Shown one piece after another: positions 25,254 through 34,604 of a DNA stretch of 64,000 nucleotides. This DNA comes from a virus: the IMG/VR virus record IMGVR_UViG_3300008111_000001. One strand, given 5' to 3'. The notes under the pieces were generated by a model, which did no database searches, was not told where the DNA came from, and worked only from the letters and a program-made list of their open reading frames with translations. The translations under genes and the position numbers were made by a program. Each line of letters opens with the position of its first letter. Positions within the stretch are counted from its first letter, which is position 1.

Positions 25254-28200
25254 ATGACGTGGTTTAAATATTTTAAGTCAGATCAAACGATTAATTCTGC
25301 TACACCAAACTATAATTACTCATATCCATACCTGAAAAGGTCTATTGCCAAGTTCACGCCCAGGGATACTCTTAGTGTTGGCTTTTGGCTGTTTGCAAAT
25401 ATAAAAGATTTAAATATAAATACATATAAAAATTCTACGTTGCAAACTTTAGAAGACACTAATTCATATGTTGTAGTATACGAAAAAGGTGCAACATTTA
25501 TTCCTGTAAAAACAGTAATAGATGGTGATTATATTTATTTTCAAACCGCAGAAGAACATGTTGTCGCCACAGAAATACAGGGTTCATATTTTATATATTA
25601 TTCAACACCTAATTTAAGAAAGTTAAACGAAGTAGATAATGCTGGAATAGAAGATTACCAGATAAATCTTGCTCCAGTTTGGGAAGATATTGAATTAGAA
25701 CCATTCATCTATGGCGATGTTTATTCCGATGGTCCATCTGCAATTGGAACAATCTACTCTATCTCAACTGGTACTTTACCGACTGGATTATCTATTAATT
25801 CTTCTACTGGGCAAATAAGTGGAACAGTTAACTCAACTGGTGCCTATAGTTTCACGATTAGAGCTACTACAGATGATGAAAAATATTATAATGAAGCGAC
25901 TTTTTCTGGAACTGTCTATGAATATTTAGAATGGGTTGATTCTACTCTAGCAAATATCGATTACAATACCGCATATTCAGATTCAGTTTGGGCTGATGGA
26001 TATCCCGCTGCTACATATTTAATATCTTCTGGCGCCCTACCATCAGGCATTACTCTTAATTCGGTAACTGGGTTAGTCAGTGGAACAACAACAGCTAGTG
26101 GAGCATATTCCTTTACGATTAAAGCAGAAAATGCAATTGGATCAATAACTCAATCTTTTTCAGGAACTGTTCAAACGCCACCATCTTGGTCTGATCAAAC
26201 ACTTGACATTATTACTCAAGGCGTAGCATATAGTGATGGCGTTGCAGCCACAGGTACAGCGACTATAGTTTACTCTGTCTATTCTGGATCACTTCCCACT
26301 GGTTTATCTTTAAACAGCTCGACTGGTGCAATAACCGGGACCACTGGAGCAACTGGTTCTTATACTTTTACAATTCGTGCAACTAATAGTTGGGGGTATG
26401 TAGAAAAAACATTTACTGGAACTATCTACCAAATACCAGCATGGACTGATTCAACAATAGCAAATATGATTTATGGACAGGCGTATAGTGATGCAGTTAC
26501 AGCCTCAGGATATCCCGCAGTAACGTATTCCATTTCTACTGGAGCACTTCCTTCTGGAATAACATTAAATTCTTCTACTGGCGCAATTACTGGAACTTCA
26601 ACAACAGCTGGATCATATTCTTTTACTGTTAAGGCGGAAAACGCTGCAGGTAATGTTACTCAACTATTTACAGATGATTTATACGTAACACCAGCTTGGA
26701 CAGATAATACATTAGCAGCGTTTACTTATAATACAGCTTATTCAGATCAGGTAGTTGCTACGGGAAGTCCAACATATACAATTAGTTCTGGAACTCTACC
26801 AACAGGTCTATCATTAAATTCTTCCACTGGAGCAGTAACAGGTACCCCAACTTATTATGGAGCGTACTCTTTTACTATTCAAGCAGCCAATGAAACTGGA
26901 TCTGTCACACAATCATTTTCCGGTGCAATTTACGCAGCGCCATTTTGGACAGATTCTACATTGGCAACACCAACTTATGACGTAGCATATTCAGATTCTG
27001 TCATAGCAGGAGGCTATCCTACTCCTACATATTCGGTAACAACTGGAACACTACCAACCGGACTATCATTAAATTCCTCTAGTGGAGCAGTAACTGGAAC
27101 GACAACCGCAACTGGTTCACACTCATTTACTATTACTGCATCAAATACAGAAGGTAGTGTAAGTCAAGCATTTAGCTTCGATATTAACTTAGCTCCAACA
27201 TGGAATGACGAAACACTAGGAACTCCAACATACAATACCGCCTATTCAGATGGGGTGTCAAGTAATACAGCCTATCCTACAGTAACATATAGCATCAGTG
27301 CCGGATCGCTTCCTAGTGGCTTTAGTATTAATTCTTCTACTGGAGCAATTACTGGGACATACACAACGCCAGTTAATGATTCTTCTTTTTCTTACACTTT
27401 TACTGTTAAAGCAGAAAATACCGCTGGTAATGTCACTAAAGAATTCACCTGGTCAATATCAATTCCGTTTACAGTATCTGGCGGCTTTTCGTATAATGCC
27501 GGTACCGGCTATAGTGCTAGAGCCTTTACGGAAAATGGAACATTTGAAATATTAACTGGGAAAAAAAATATTGAAGTACTTATCATTCCTGGCGGAGGTG
27601 GCGGAGGTGGAGGTGCACACTCAAATGACTGGTATGGGACGGGTGACACATATGCTCCCGGTGGTGGTGGAGCAGCCAGTGAAACTTTTACGCCTACATT
27701 AACTAATATGACAGTTGGTAGTTATCCTGTCGTAGTTGGCGCTGGTGGAGCTGGTGGAGCAAGAGCCTATGTTCAGACGCCATCTGGTAACGCTGCGCCA
27801 AGTACGGCAACTGCATCAGATGGATCTAGTGGAGGGAATTCTACTTTTCAAGTCTCAGGAACAACCTATAATGCAAGTGGTGGTCAAGGTGGAGGAAAAG
27901 GAACGGCAACTTCTGGAGGAAATAACCCCAGTGGAGTTTATTATAACTACGCAGCATCTGGTGGTTTCGGCGCAGGAAACTCACTCTACGCTTTCACGCC
28001 CGGAGTACTCATAGATAATCAAATAACTGCCGGTAGCGGAGGATCCGGCTTAGGGAGTAGGGGTTCTGCCCCGGCCTTATATTATACTGGTGGCCCCGGA
28101 GGAAGCTCTGTCACTACTTGGAATCTAACAATTGGATATGGTGGCGATGGTGGCAGTTATGCATCTCGAGCTGCCACGCGTATTTTTGCTGGATCTGGTG

Positions 28201-28289
28201 GATCTGGTGGTTCGGGAGTAAACAGTAGTTCAAGTGGCCCTGGAAATGCAGGGTATCGTGGGCAAGTCATAGTTAGGTGGGCAACATGA
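25254..28289 (+). CDS. Ig-like (He_PIG-type) 7-repeat adhesion/fibre protein with glycine-rich C-terminal domain
   Basis: Seven ~85-aa repeats P-x-W-x-D...YSD...LP(T/S)G(L/I)(S/T)(L/I)NSxTG...Y(S/T)FT(I/V)xA; then a PGGGGGGG...G-rich domain. Confidence 0.85.
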   Translation: MTWFKYFKSDQTINSATPNYNYSYPYLKRSIAKFTPRDTLSVGFWLFANIKDLNINTYKNSTLQTLEDTNSYVVVYEKGATFIPVKTVIDGDYIYFQTAEEHVVATEIQGSYFIYYSTPNLRKLNEVDNAGIEDYQINLAPVWEDIELEPFIYGDVYSDGPSAIGTIYSISTGTLPTGLSINSSTGQISGTVNSTGAYSFTIRATTDDEKYYNEATFSGTVYEYLEWVDSTLANIDYNTAYSDSVWADGYPAATYLISSGALPSGITLNSVTGLVSGTTTASGAYSFTIKAENAIGSITQSFSGTVQTPPSWSDQTLDIITQGVAYSDGVAATGTATIVYSVYSGSLPTGLSLNSSTGAITGTTGATGSYTFTIRATNSWGYVEKTFTGTIYQIPAWTDSTIANMIYGQAYSDAVTASGYPAVTYSISTGALPSGITLNSSTGAITGTSTTAGSYSFTVKAENAAGNVTQLFTDDLYVTPAWTDNTLAAFTYNTAYSDQVVATGSPTYTISSGTLPTGLSLNSSTGAVTGTPTYYGAYSFTIQAANETGSVTQSFSGAIYAAPFWTDSTLATPTYDVAYSDSVIAGGYPTPTYSVTTGTLPTGLSLNSSSGAVTGTTTATGSHSFTITASNTEGSVSQAFSFDINLAPTWNDETLGTPTYNTAYSDGVSSNTAYPTVTYSISAGSLPSGFSINSSTGAITGTYTTPVNDSSFSYTFTVKAENTAGNVTKEFTWSISIPFTVSGGFSYNAGTGYSARAFTENGTFEILTGKKNIEVLIIPGGGGGGGGAHSNDWYGTGDTYAPGGGGAASETFTPTLTNMTVGSYPVVVGAGGAGGARAYVQTPSGNAAPSTATASDGSSGGNSTFQVSGTTYNASGGQGGGKGTATSGGNNPSGVYYNYAASGGFGAGNSLYAFTPGVLIDNQITAGSGGSGLGSRGSAPALYYTGGPGGSSVTTWNLTIGYGGDGGSYASRAATRIFAGSGGSGGSGVNSSSSGPGNAGYRGQVIVRWAT

Positions 28290-28780
28290 GTCATTGGGCA
28301 CAAATTAATGAAAATAATATCGTTATTAACGTAACTGTTGGCAATAATGAAGACATAGATGAGGGCTATCAATGGTTAATGGATAATATTGGTGGGCGAT
28401 GGCTAAAGACATCTATTAATACTTATGGTGGAATCCATATTTTAGGAGGAACTCCATTGCGTAAAAATTATGCTGGGATAGGGTTTATCTACCACGAAGA
28501 CATCGATGCCTTTGTTCCCCCAAAACCAGATCAATATCCTTCATTTGTAATTGATGCAGGGACTGGATTATGGATTCCTCCAGTCCCTAAGCCCGATAAT
28601 GAAAATGTATATGGTTGGAATGAAGAAGAAATTTCATGGGAATTAATTCCGCAACCCTTTCCATCTTGGACTATAGAAGATGCAAGATGGATTCCTCCAG
28701 TATCTCGTCCAATAGACGAAAATATATATGTATGGAATGAAGAAAACTTATCATGGAATATAGCAGAGGTGCCATTATGA
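28286..28780 (+). CDS. tail-fibre-associated protein (MSHWAQI... family) with duplicated C-terminal Pro/Trp module
   Basis: Start at ATG 28286 (ATGA overlap); GTPLRKNYAGIG motif; W-I-PP-V...Y-x-WNEE-x-x-SW occurs twice. Confidence 0.7.
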   Translation: MSHWAQINENNIVINVTVGNNEDIDEGYQWLMDNIGGRWLKTSINTYGGIHILGGTPLRKNYAGIGFIYHEDIDAFVPPKPDQYPSFVIDAGTGLWIPPVPKPDNENVYGWNEEEISWELIPQPFPSWTIEDARWIPPVSRPIDENIYVWNEENLSWNIAEVPL

Positions 28781-29307
28781 CAGTAACATATTTTAATCCT
28801 TATTACGGATTTTACTCTGAGGTTTCAGTAGATCAGTATGAAGTTGATTTAAATTCTTCTTCAAGTTATAATTTTTCTTTTATTAATTCCATGACTGATT
28901 GGGACAATGGCCTATCTAATAAGCCTGGATCTAAATTGTACATGAATTTCTCTGGGCCAAAATTTACCCTTTATGGTTCTAAGGGTATAAATTATGGAAA
29001 ATTTAGAATTAAATTTACGGCCTTACAGAATAATGAAAGTCCAGCTATTGTAGATTTAGATTGGCAAACTATAGATTGTTTCTCTTCTATCGAGCTGAAT
29101 AGCGTGCAACTTTTTTCTAAAAATGACTTTCAAGAAAGAGATTATGTAGCAGAGCTGGAAGTATTATATGATAAAAATATATCCGCTAGAGGCAATAATG
29201 TTAAGATATCCTCATATTCTTTTAGCTATAATCTTTATCTTAAAGTTGGAAATGAAATAATAAATCAAACAGATAATAGTTTTGCAAAGATTGGTGGGGT
29301 TAGATAA
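28777..29307 (+). CDS. putative structural beta-sandwich protein
   Basis: Start at ATG 28777 (GAGGTG RBS); FSGPKFTLYGSKGxNYGKFRI pattern. Confidence 0.6.
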   Translation: MTVTYFNPYYGFYSEVSVDQYEVDLNSSSSYNFSFINSMTDWDNGLSNKPGSKLYMNFSGPKFTLYGSKGINYGKFRIKFTALQNNESPAIVDLDWQTIDCFSSIELNSVQLFSKNDFQERDYVAELEVLYDKNISARGNNVKISSYSFSYNLYLKVGNEIINQTDNSFAKIGGVR

Positions 29308-31283
29308 TGGCTATTATACCTGTAAATATAGAAAATTTAAAACCAAATAAAGAATATATTGTTACGGTTAGAAGCAAAAATAATGATGTCAATGTGGTTT
29401 CTCCTTATACTGATTCTGTAAGATTTTTTACTCCGACAGATTCTACTATTCCAGGTGCGCCAACTAATTTAGTTTTGGCGGCATCTTTTCTCAATGTACT
29501 CTTCAAATATACAGATAGCGTTGATGAAGACACTGCTAAATACGAGTATGAATTATATAAGCAAGAGCAAATAGAAAGTGTTGGAGGCGAGTATCAAGTT
29601 ATCTCTGCTGCAACTCCGCTAACTCCCCATAGGACTGGTTTTGTGCAAACAAATGTTTTTTTGGTTTCAGTAGATGATAACAGCACTACAACAAGCACAT
29701 CTTCTACAACTAATCCTGTTAAATATTATGGAAGAGTTCGCTCAATAGATTCCGCAGGCAATATTAGCGATTGGACGAATATAGTTGCTTCGGGGGATAC
29801 TCCATTAATTGATGAAGAATTTATTGGTTCATTAACTGCAGCTAAAATAACTGCTGGCACAATAGGTGCACATGAAATAATTTTAACCCAACCAGGAACT
29901 GCCACAACAATAACCAGTCCAGACAATAAAGCTATACTTAGATCATCTGACTACAACGGTTCATATAATAATACAACCGATACATGGTCTGCAGGCACGG
30001 CTGGGTGGATTATATCTGGGGATGGAAGAGCTGAATTTAATAATATTGTTGCAAGAGGAGAATTATTAGCTGGCGCTTTTTCACTTAATTCTAATAATTA
30101 CTGGAATAGCTCTACAATAAAAACATATGGCGATTATAGTGACTTTAGGGTTGGTGACTCAACAAGATATATCTTATGGGATAATAGCGCCGGAACATTA
30201 TCCATAACCGGAACAATTAATGCAGTGGGGGGTACGTTTAGTGGAAGCATTACTTCTAGCGCAACGATAACTGGAGGAACTATACAAACCGCATCAAGCG
30301 GTCAAAGGATCGTTTTAAGTGGCACTACATTCAATCTATACGCTGCAGGGTCTGGAGACACGTCAACTATAGCATTTAATCCAGCAGCAACAACCAATTA
30401 TGGACTCATGACAAGTACTGGCGGCATTAAAATAACTGCACAAGGTGCAACATTAAGCATTGGCTATTCTCCAACGGATCTTGGAACCACTGGCATTAGA
30501 TTGGAATCTGGAGCATATTTTCAAGTTTTAAATGGTTCAATAGATATTAGAAGAAATACGACAACAACAGATTGGGCAACAGCTAATTTAATTTTAAGAG
30601 CCAATTCTGGTAACGACAATACATCAATAGCATTTAAGGCAAACGAAACAAACAATAATGCTACAGCGCAGATACGTGTTGGTGGTGGAGCTAATTATTT
30701 TTACTTTAGAAACTATAATGACACAGCAAATGTTAGAATAATTGCAGCAGAAGCTATTTTTGGCGGAACTATAAACGCATCAGATGTTAATAGCGCAAAT
30801 GTACTCATTGACTCAACGGCAGCAAACGTCTCATTAGGCTTTAAAGCAAGTAGTGGAACCTACTCTGCCCAGATTAGAATGGGCGGGAGCAATGAGTTAT
30901 ATTTTACGCAGGGTTTAAATTCTAATGCGCTAAACACTATAAATGTTGATAAAGTCGTTTATGTAAGCGGTACGTTAGGGACGTCCTCCATTAGGTATAA
31001 GGAAAATATAGAAAATATTTTTAATATTGAAAATACAGATGCAATAGACACATTAAAATTAATTAATATTTCAAAATTTAATTTCAAAAGTCAACCAGGC
31101 CTATTAAAATATGGTGTAATAGCTGAACAATTAGAAAAAGTTTTTCCAGAAGCAATTCACTATAATGATGACAATATGGTTGAGGCCGTCTTTACAGACA
31201 TGCTTAACATGCTGCAATTAGCTGGAATTAGACAATTAATTAATAAGATAGAAAAATTAGAAGAAAAAATAAACTTGATATGA
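29307..31283 (+). CDS. tail fibre/spike with FN3-like N-terminus and C-terminal intramolecular chaperone (peptidase S74-like)
   Basis: PGAPTNL...YYGRVRSIDSAGNISDW; C-terminal SSIRYKENI...YGVIAEQL...FPE followed by a coiled coil. Confidence 0.8.
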   Translation: MAIIPVNIENLKPNKEYIVTVRSKNNDVNVVSPYTDSVRFFTPTDSTIPGAPTNLVLAASFLNVLFKYTDSVDEDTAKYEYELYKQEQIESVGGEYQVISAATPLTPHRTGFVQTNVFLVSVDDNSTTTSTSSTTNPVKYYGRVRSIDSAGNISDWTNIVASGDTPLIDEEFIGSLTAAKITAGTIGAHEIILTQPGTATTITSPDNKAILRSSDYNGSYNNTTDTWSAGTAGWIISGDGRAEFNNIVARGELLAGAFSLNSNNYWNSSTIKTYGDYSDFRVGDSTRYILWDNSAGTLSITGTINAVGGTFSGSITSSATITGGTIQTASSGQRIVLSGTTFNLYAAGSGDTSTIAFNPAATTNYGLMTSTGGIKITAQGATLSIGYSPTDLGTTGIRLESGAYFQVLNGSIDIRRNTTTTDWATANLILRANSGNDNTSIAFKANETNNNATAQIRVGGGANYFYFRNYNDTANVRIIAAEAIFGGTINASDVNSANVLIDSTAANVSLGFKASSGTYSAQIRMGGSNELYFTQGLNSNALNTINVDKVVYVSGTLGTSSIRYKENIENIFNIENTDAIDTLKLINISKFNFKSQPGLLKYGVIAEQLEKVFPEAIHYNDDNMVEAVFTDMLNMLQLAGIRQLINKIEKLEEKINLI

Positions 31284-31289
31284 TATAAT
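31281..31289 (+). promoter_or_regulatory. extended -10 promoter TGATATAAT
   Basis: 32 nt upstream of ATG 31313. Confidence 0.6.
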
Positions 31290-31312
31290 GGAATTCTATT
31301 TAAGGAGTAGCT

Positions 31313-31492
31313 ATGAATAATGATCTTGATGTAAATATATTAGTTCAAACCTTTAATGAGCGAATGGCCCAAATGATGACAGAAATAGTAATCAAAGAGG
31401 CAACCATTAAGCAGATGACTGCTCAGATTGAGCAATTAACTGCGCAACAAAAAACAGTAAAAACAAAAACAAAATCAGAAGACTTTGAGTGA
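31313..31492 (+). CDS. small coiled-coil protein (59 aa, MNNDLDVNILVQTFNERMAQMM...)
   Basis: Read by hand; AAGGAG RBS. Confidence 0.75.
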   Translation: MNNDLDVNILVQTFNERMAQMMTEIVIKEATIKQMTAQIEQLTAQQKTVKTKTKSEDFE

Positions 31493-31502
31493 GGTAAATA
31501 AA

Positions 31503-31694
31503 ATGTCAGATGTAATTGATGTAAATGAGGCAGTTGAGCCAAAGAAAGAATTCACTATCGAGATTAAGATTTCCGATGCAAACCTACAGTATAAGAGTGA
31601 TTTTAATGAAGCTGAAACCATATTTTGGATGGAGTCTGTTAAGACGTTAATCCTTAATAACGCATTCGCTAGATCACAGCAAGCTAATCAGTAA
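31503..31694 (+). CDS. small hypothetical protein (63 aa)
   Basis: Start at ATG 31503 (GAGGT RBS). Confidence 0.7.
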   Translation: MSDVIDVNEAVEPKKEFTIEIKISDANLQYKSDFNEAETIFWMESVKTLILNNAFARSQQANQ

Positions 31695-31753
31695 CTTATA
31701 AAAAAAAATCCATAGAGCTACTATTACAGTAGCTTTTATATTGGAGAAGATAA

Positions 31754-33418
31754 ATGGCAGTTCTCGATTTTTTGCCTTTTCGGCAAGTTGATAAAAAAAA
31801 TAACTTTGTAGCAAAAGCTTTAAAGCCAGAAGAGATAAGTTCTATAAATAAAGCCATGAAAGTGGCTGCCCTTGCGCTTGGCTTTCAAGGTAATACATAT
31901 TATTATAATAATAGAGCTACTTTTGAGCCTTCTCCTTATGACTTTGATCGGATCATGCAGGCAGCCGATACAGATTCCTATGTTAAACAAGCAATAAATA
32001 AATATAAGGAATTGTTCTGGAAAGAAAGCTGGTCAATAGCTGGGGAAAATCCGGAAGCCGTCTCCTACCTATATCAAAGAATAGATTATATGGAAATGGC
32101 TATGAAAAGGCCATTTTTAGATTTTTTGATTGAAGTTACTGAGCATATTGTAAAATACGCAAATGTATTCGTAGTCAAAGCTAGGGGTGACATATCGGAA
32201 TATTTTCCTACGCCGATATCCGGTGTGAATGCAGCACAACCTGTTGTTGGCTATTATCTAATCCCCACGGAACAAGTCAGAATTTTAAGAGATAAATTCA
32301 ATAGACCAAAATCATACCAGCAAGCTACCGACCCACTAACATACATGCCGTCAGAGAGAGATCCCGTGTGGTCCGCTGATCGTGTCATACATATGTATTT
32401 AGATAAAAAATCTGGAAGAGCTTTTGGTACTCCATTTCTAAGTTCTGTGCTTGATGATGTCGTTGCCCTTCGTCAAATAGAGGAAGATATTCAAAACCTT
32501 GTCCATAGAGAGCTTTTCCCGTTATACAAATACACTATAGGTACGGCGGATCAGCCAGCAGAACCTCAAGAGATATCTAATGCAGCATCAGAAATAGAAT
32601 CTTTAAGGGCAGAAGGTGGTCTAATACTTCCTTATAGGCATAACATTGAGGTTATTGGAGCCAATAACAGCGCACTTGATGCTTCCGGCTATCTTGAACA
32701 TTTTAAGGAAAGAGTTGCAGTTGGATTAGGAGTTGCTCCTCATCACCTAGGAATGATGATGAACGGTGGCAATAGATCTGTAACTGACCGTCTTGACACT
32801 GCCCTATATGATAAAGTTAAGCAGTATCAGAAGATAGTTGCAGAAATGATTAGGGTTCATATTTTTAATGAACTTTTGCTTGAGGGCGGATTTGATCCAG
32901 TAACTAATCCCTTGGAAGAGGGCATATCGGATAGATGTTATTTTAAATTTAATGAAATTGACGTCGATACCCAGGTTAAAAAAGAAACCCATGTCATACA
33001 AAAGTATGTCAATAATATGATTTCAATAAAGGAAGCCAGACTAGAGCTTGGCTTAAATCCTGAATACGAAGAAGATGAAATGTTTGCCGCAATACAAGGC
33101 AAGGTTCAAATGGATCTAGCTAAGAACCAGGCTGAGTTGACTATGGCAAAGTCAGAATCAAAAGATGTTTTAACAGATGGAGACAAGCAGGCTCCTGCTC
33201 AAAAAGGTGAAAGAAACCTAGTTAATAGAAGACGGGGTGCCGGTAATTCAACTCGTCCAGCGAATCAGCAAGGTAGAAATACTTCACCCAATATAAGAAG
33301 ATCTGATAATGCGTGGTTGACATTAGTTGAAAATGCCCTTGAATCAGAGTATACTATAGTTTATACAAAAGAGGAAAAGGAAGATAATAATGTCGATAAA
33401 CCCAACTCTCAAGAATGA
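31754..33418 (+). CDS. portal protein
   Basis: 554 aa, first gene of the head module; helical FKERVAVGLGVAPHHLG...GGNRS segment; low-complexity tail. Call rests on synteny and size. Confidence 0.75.
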   Translation: MAVLDFLPFRQVDKKNNFVAKALKPEEISSINKAMKVAALALGFQGNTYYYNNRATFEPSPYDFDRIMQAADTDSYVKQAINKYKELFWKESWSIAGENPEAVSYLYQRIDYMEMAMKRPFLDFLIEVTEHIVKYANVFVVKARGDISEYFPTPISGVNAAQPVVGYYLIPTEQVRILRDKFNRPKSYQQATDPLTYMPSERDPVWSADRVIHMYLDKKSGRAFGTPFLSSVLDDVVALRQIEEDIQNLVHRELFPLYKYTIGTADQPAEPQEISNAASEIESLRAEGGLILPYRHNIEVIGANNSALDASGYLEHFKERVAVGLGVAPHHLGMMMNGGNRSVTDRLDTALYDKVKQYQKIVAEMIRVHIFNELLLEGGFDPVTNPLEEGISDRCYFKFNEIDVDTQVKKETHVIQKYVNNMISIKEARLELGLNPEYEEDEMFAAIQGKVQMDLAKNQAELTMAKSESKDVLTDGDKQAPAQKGERNLVNRRRGAGNSTRPANQQGRNTSPNIRRSDNAWLTLVENALESEYTIVYTKEEKEDNNVDKPNSQE

Positions 33419-33752
33419 GCAGTTAGCAGCCTATTTAGCTACAGATGATTCGGTACGAGCTTTAGAAAAAGCCGTAGATAATGGTCAAACTCGACTCGCT
33501 CTTCAGGTAGTCCTAGATCTTATTTCTGAATTAACAGAAAGAGTTATGGATTTAGAAGATATTGTTCATTCATCTGAGGAAGAGTTGGATGGGCAAGATG
33601 CGCCCAGTGAAGTTGTCGTAGCCAACGATACTCCGGTTGAACAGCAGGTCCCAGTAAATGCTGATAAAAGCGAAGCTAAAAAAGATGAAGCTGTAACCGA
33701 AAAGGTAGAGCAAAATAAAGTAAAGTCTGAGGAGACTAAAGTTTCAAAATGA
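33390..33752 (+). CDS. acidic hypothetical protein (120 aa)
   Basis: ORF track; coupled to the next gene. Confidence 0.7.
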   Translation: MSINPTLKNEQLAAYLATDDSVRALEKAVDNGQTRLALQVVLDLISELTERVMDLEDIVHSSEEELDGQDAPSEVVVANDTPVEQQVPVNADKSEAKKDEAVTEKVEQNKVKSEETKVSK

Positions 33753-34528
33753 AGCTTTTAATAGGTTGTCCAATGTATAAGAGATCTTGGATACTACCCC
33801 ATTGGATTCGATGCATAATTAATCAATCTGTTTCTATTGAAGATATTGGTTTTGTTTTTGAAGTTTCGCCTGATGATACTGAAACAATAAATTCTTTGCA
33901 GGCTTGGAAAAAGTTTGACAACAGAATACCTTATTTTAATATAAAAATAAGAGAAGATATACCTCATTTTCAACATGAAAACAATGGAAGACAATGGACA
34001 ATCTCTAAGTATGAAAATATGGTTTCGCTTAGAAATTCATTACTTAATACAGTAAGAGAAGTAAATCCTGATTATTATCTCAGCTTAGATTCAGATATAT
34101 TGTTGACAAATCCAAATACCATAGAATTATTGATGGCACACATTAAGTCTGGCGCCGATGCAGTGAATCCGTTAATGTTCATGACTCCATTTGGAACAAT
34201 GTATCCAAGTGTTATGACATGGAGATCTGATGCTCCAAGAAAAGCATTTAGGTTAGAGAAGTATCCTTTAGGAACCTATTTTAAATCTGATGTAATTATG
34301 GCAGCAAAAATGATGAGTAAAAAAGTTTATTCCAACATTGACTACAGTGTTCATGAGCAAGGCGAAGATGTTGGTTGGTCGTGGTCTTGCAAGCAGGCTG
34401 ATTATAATCTTTTTTGCGCTTCATATATTTATGCCCCACATATAATGTCTGAATTGATGTATAATGGATATTTAAGCAATGGAGACGAAAGATCTGAGAT
34501 AGTTTTTGAGAACTATGCTAAAGTGTGA
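33749..34528 (+). CDS. GT-A fold glycosyltransferase (GT2-like)
   Basis: N-terminal LLIGCPMY strand, YYLSLDSDILL (DxD), GEDVGWS. Confidence 0.8.
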   Translation: MKLLIGCPMYKRSWILPHWIRCIINQSVSIEDIGFVFEVSPDDTETINSLQAWKKFDNRIPYFNIKIREDIPHFQHENNGRQWTISKYENMVSLRNSLLNTVREVNPDYYLSLDSDILLTNPNTIELLMAHIKSGADAVNPLMFMTPFGTMYPSVMTWRSDAPRKAFRLEKYPLGTYFKSDVIMAAKMMSKKVYSNIDYSVHEQGEDVGWSWSCKQADYNLFCASYIYAPHIMSELMYNGYLSNGDERSEIVFENYAKV

Positions 34529-34567
34529 TATATTTGTATAAAATTGTTCAATGTTATAAAAATAAAC

Positions 34568-34582
34568 TTACTATTAAAATAG
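34568..34582 (+). promoter_or_regulatory. candidate late promoter TTACTATTAAAATAG
   Basis: Identical 15-mer at 38191-38205; TACTAT core 36 nt before the start codon. Confidence 0.6.
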
Positions 34583-34604
34583 ATATTAATCAATAGGGGA
34601 ATTC

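Noticed and set aside
28286-28780. Diversity-generating retroelement TR/VR pair
   Set aside because: The internal repeat differs at all base types, not only adenines, and no reverse transcriptase is in the window.
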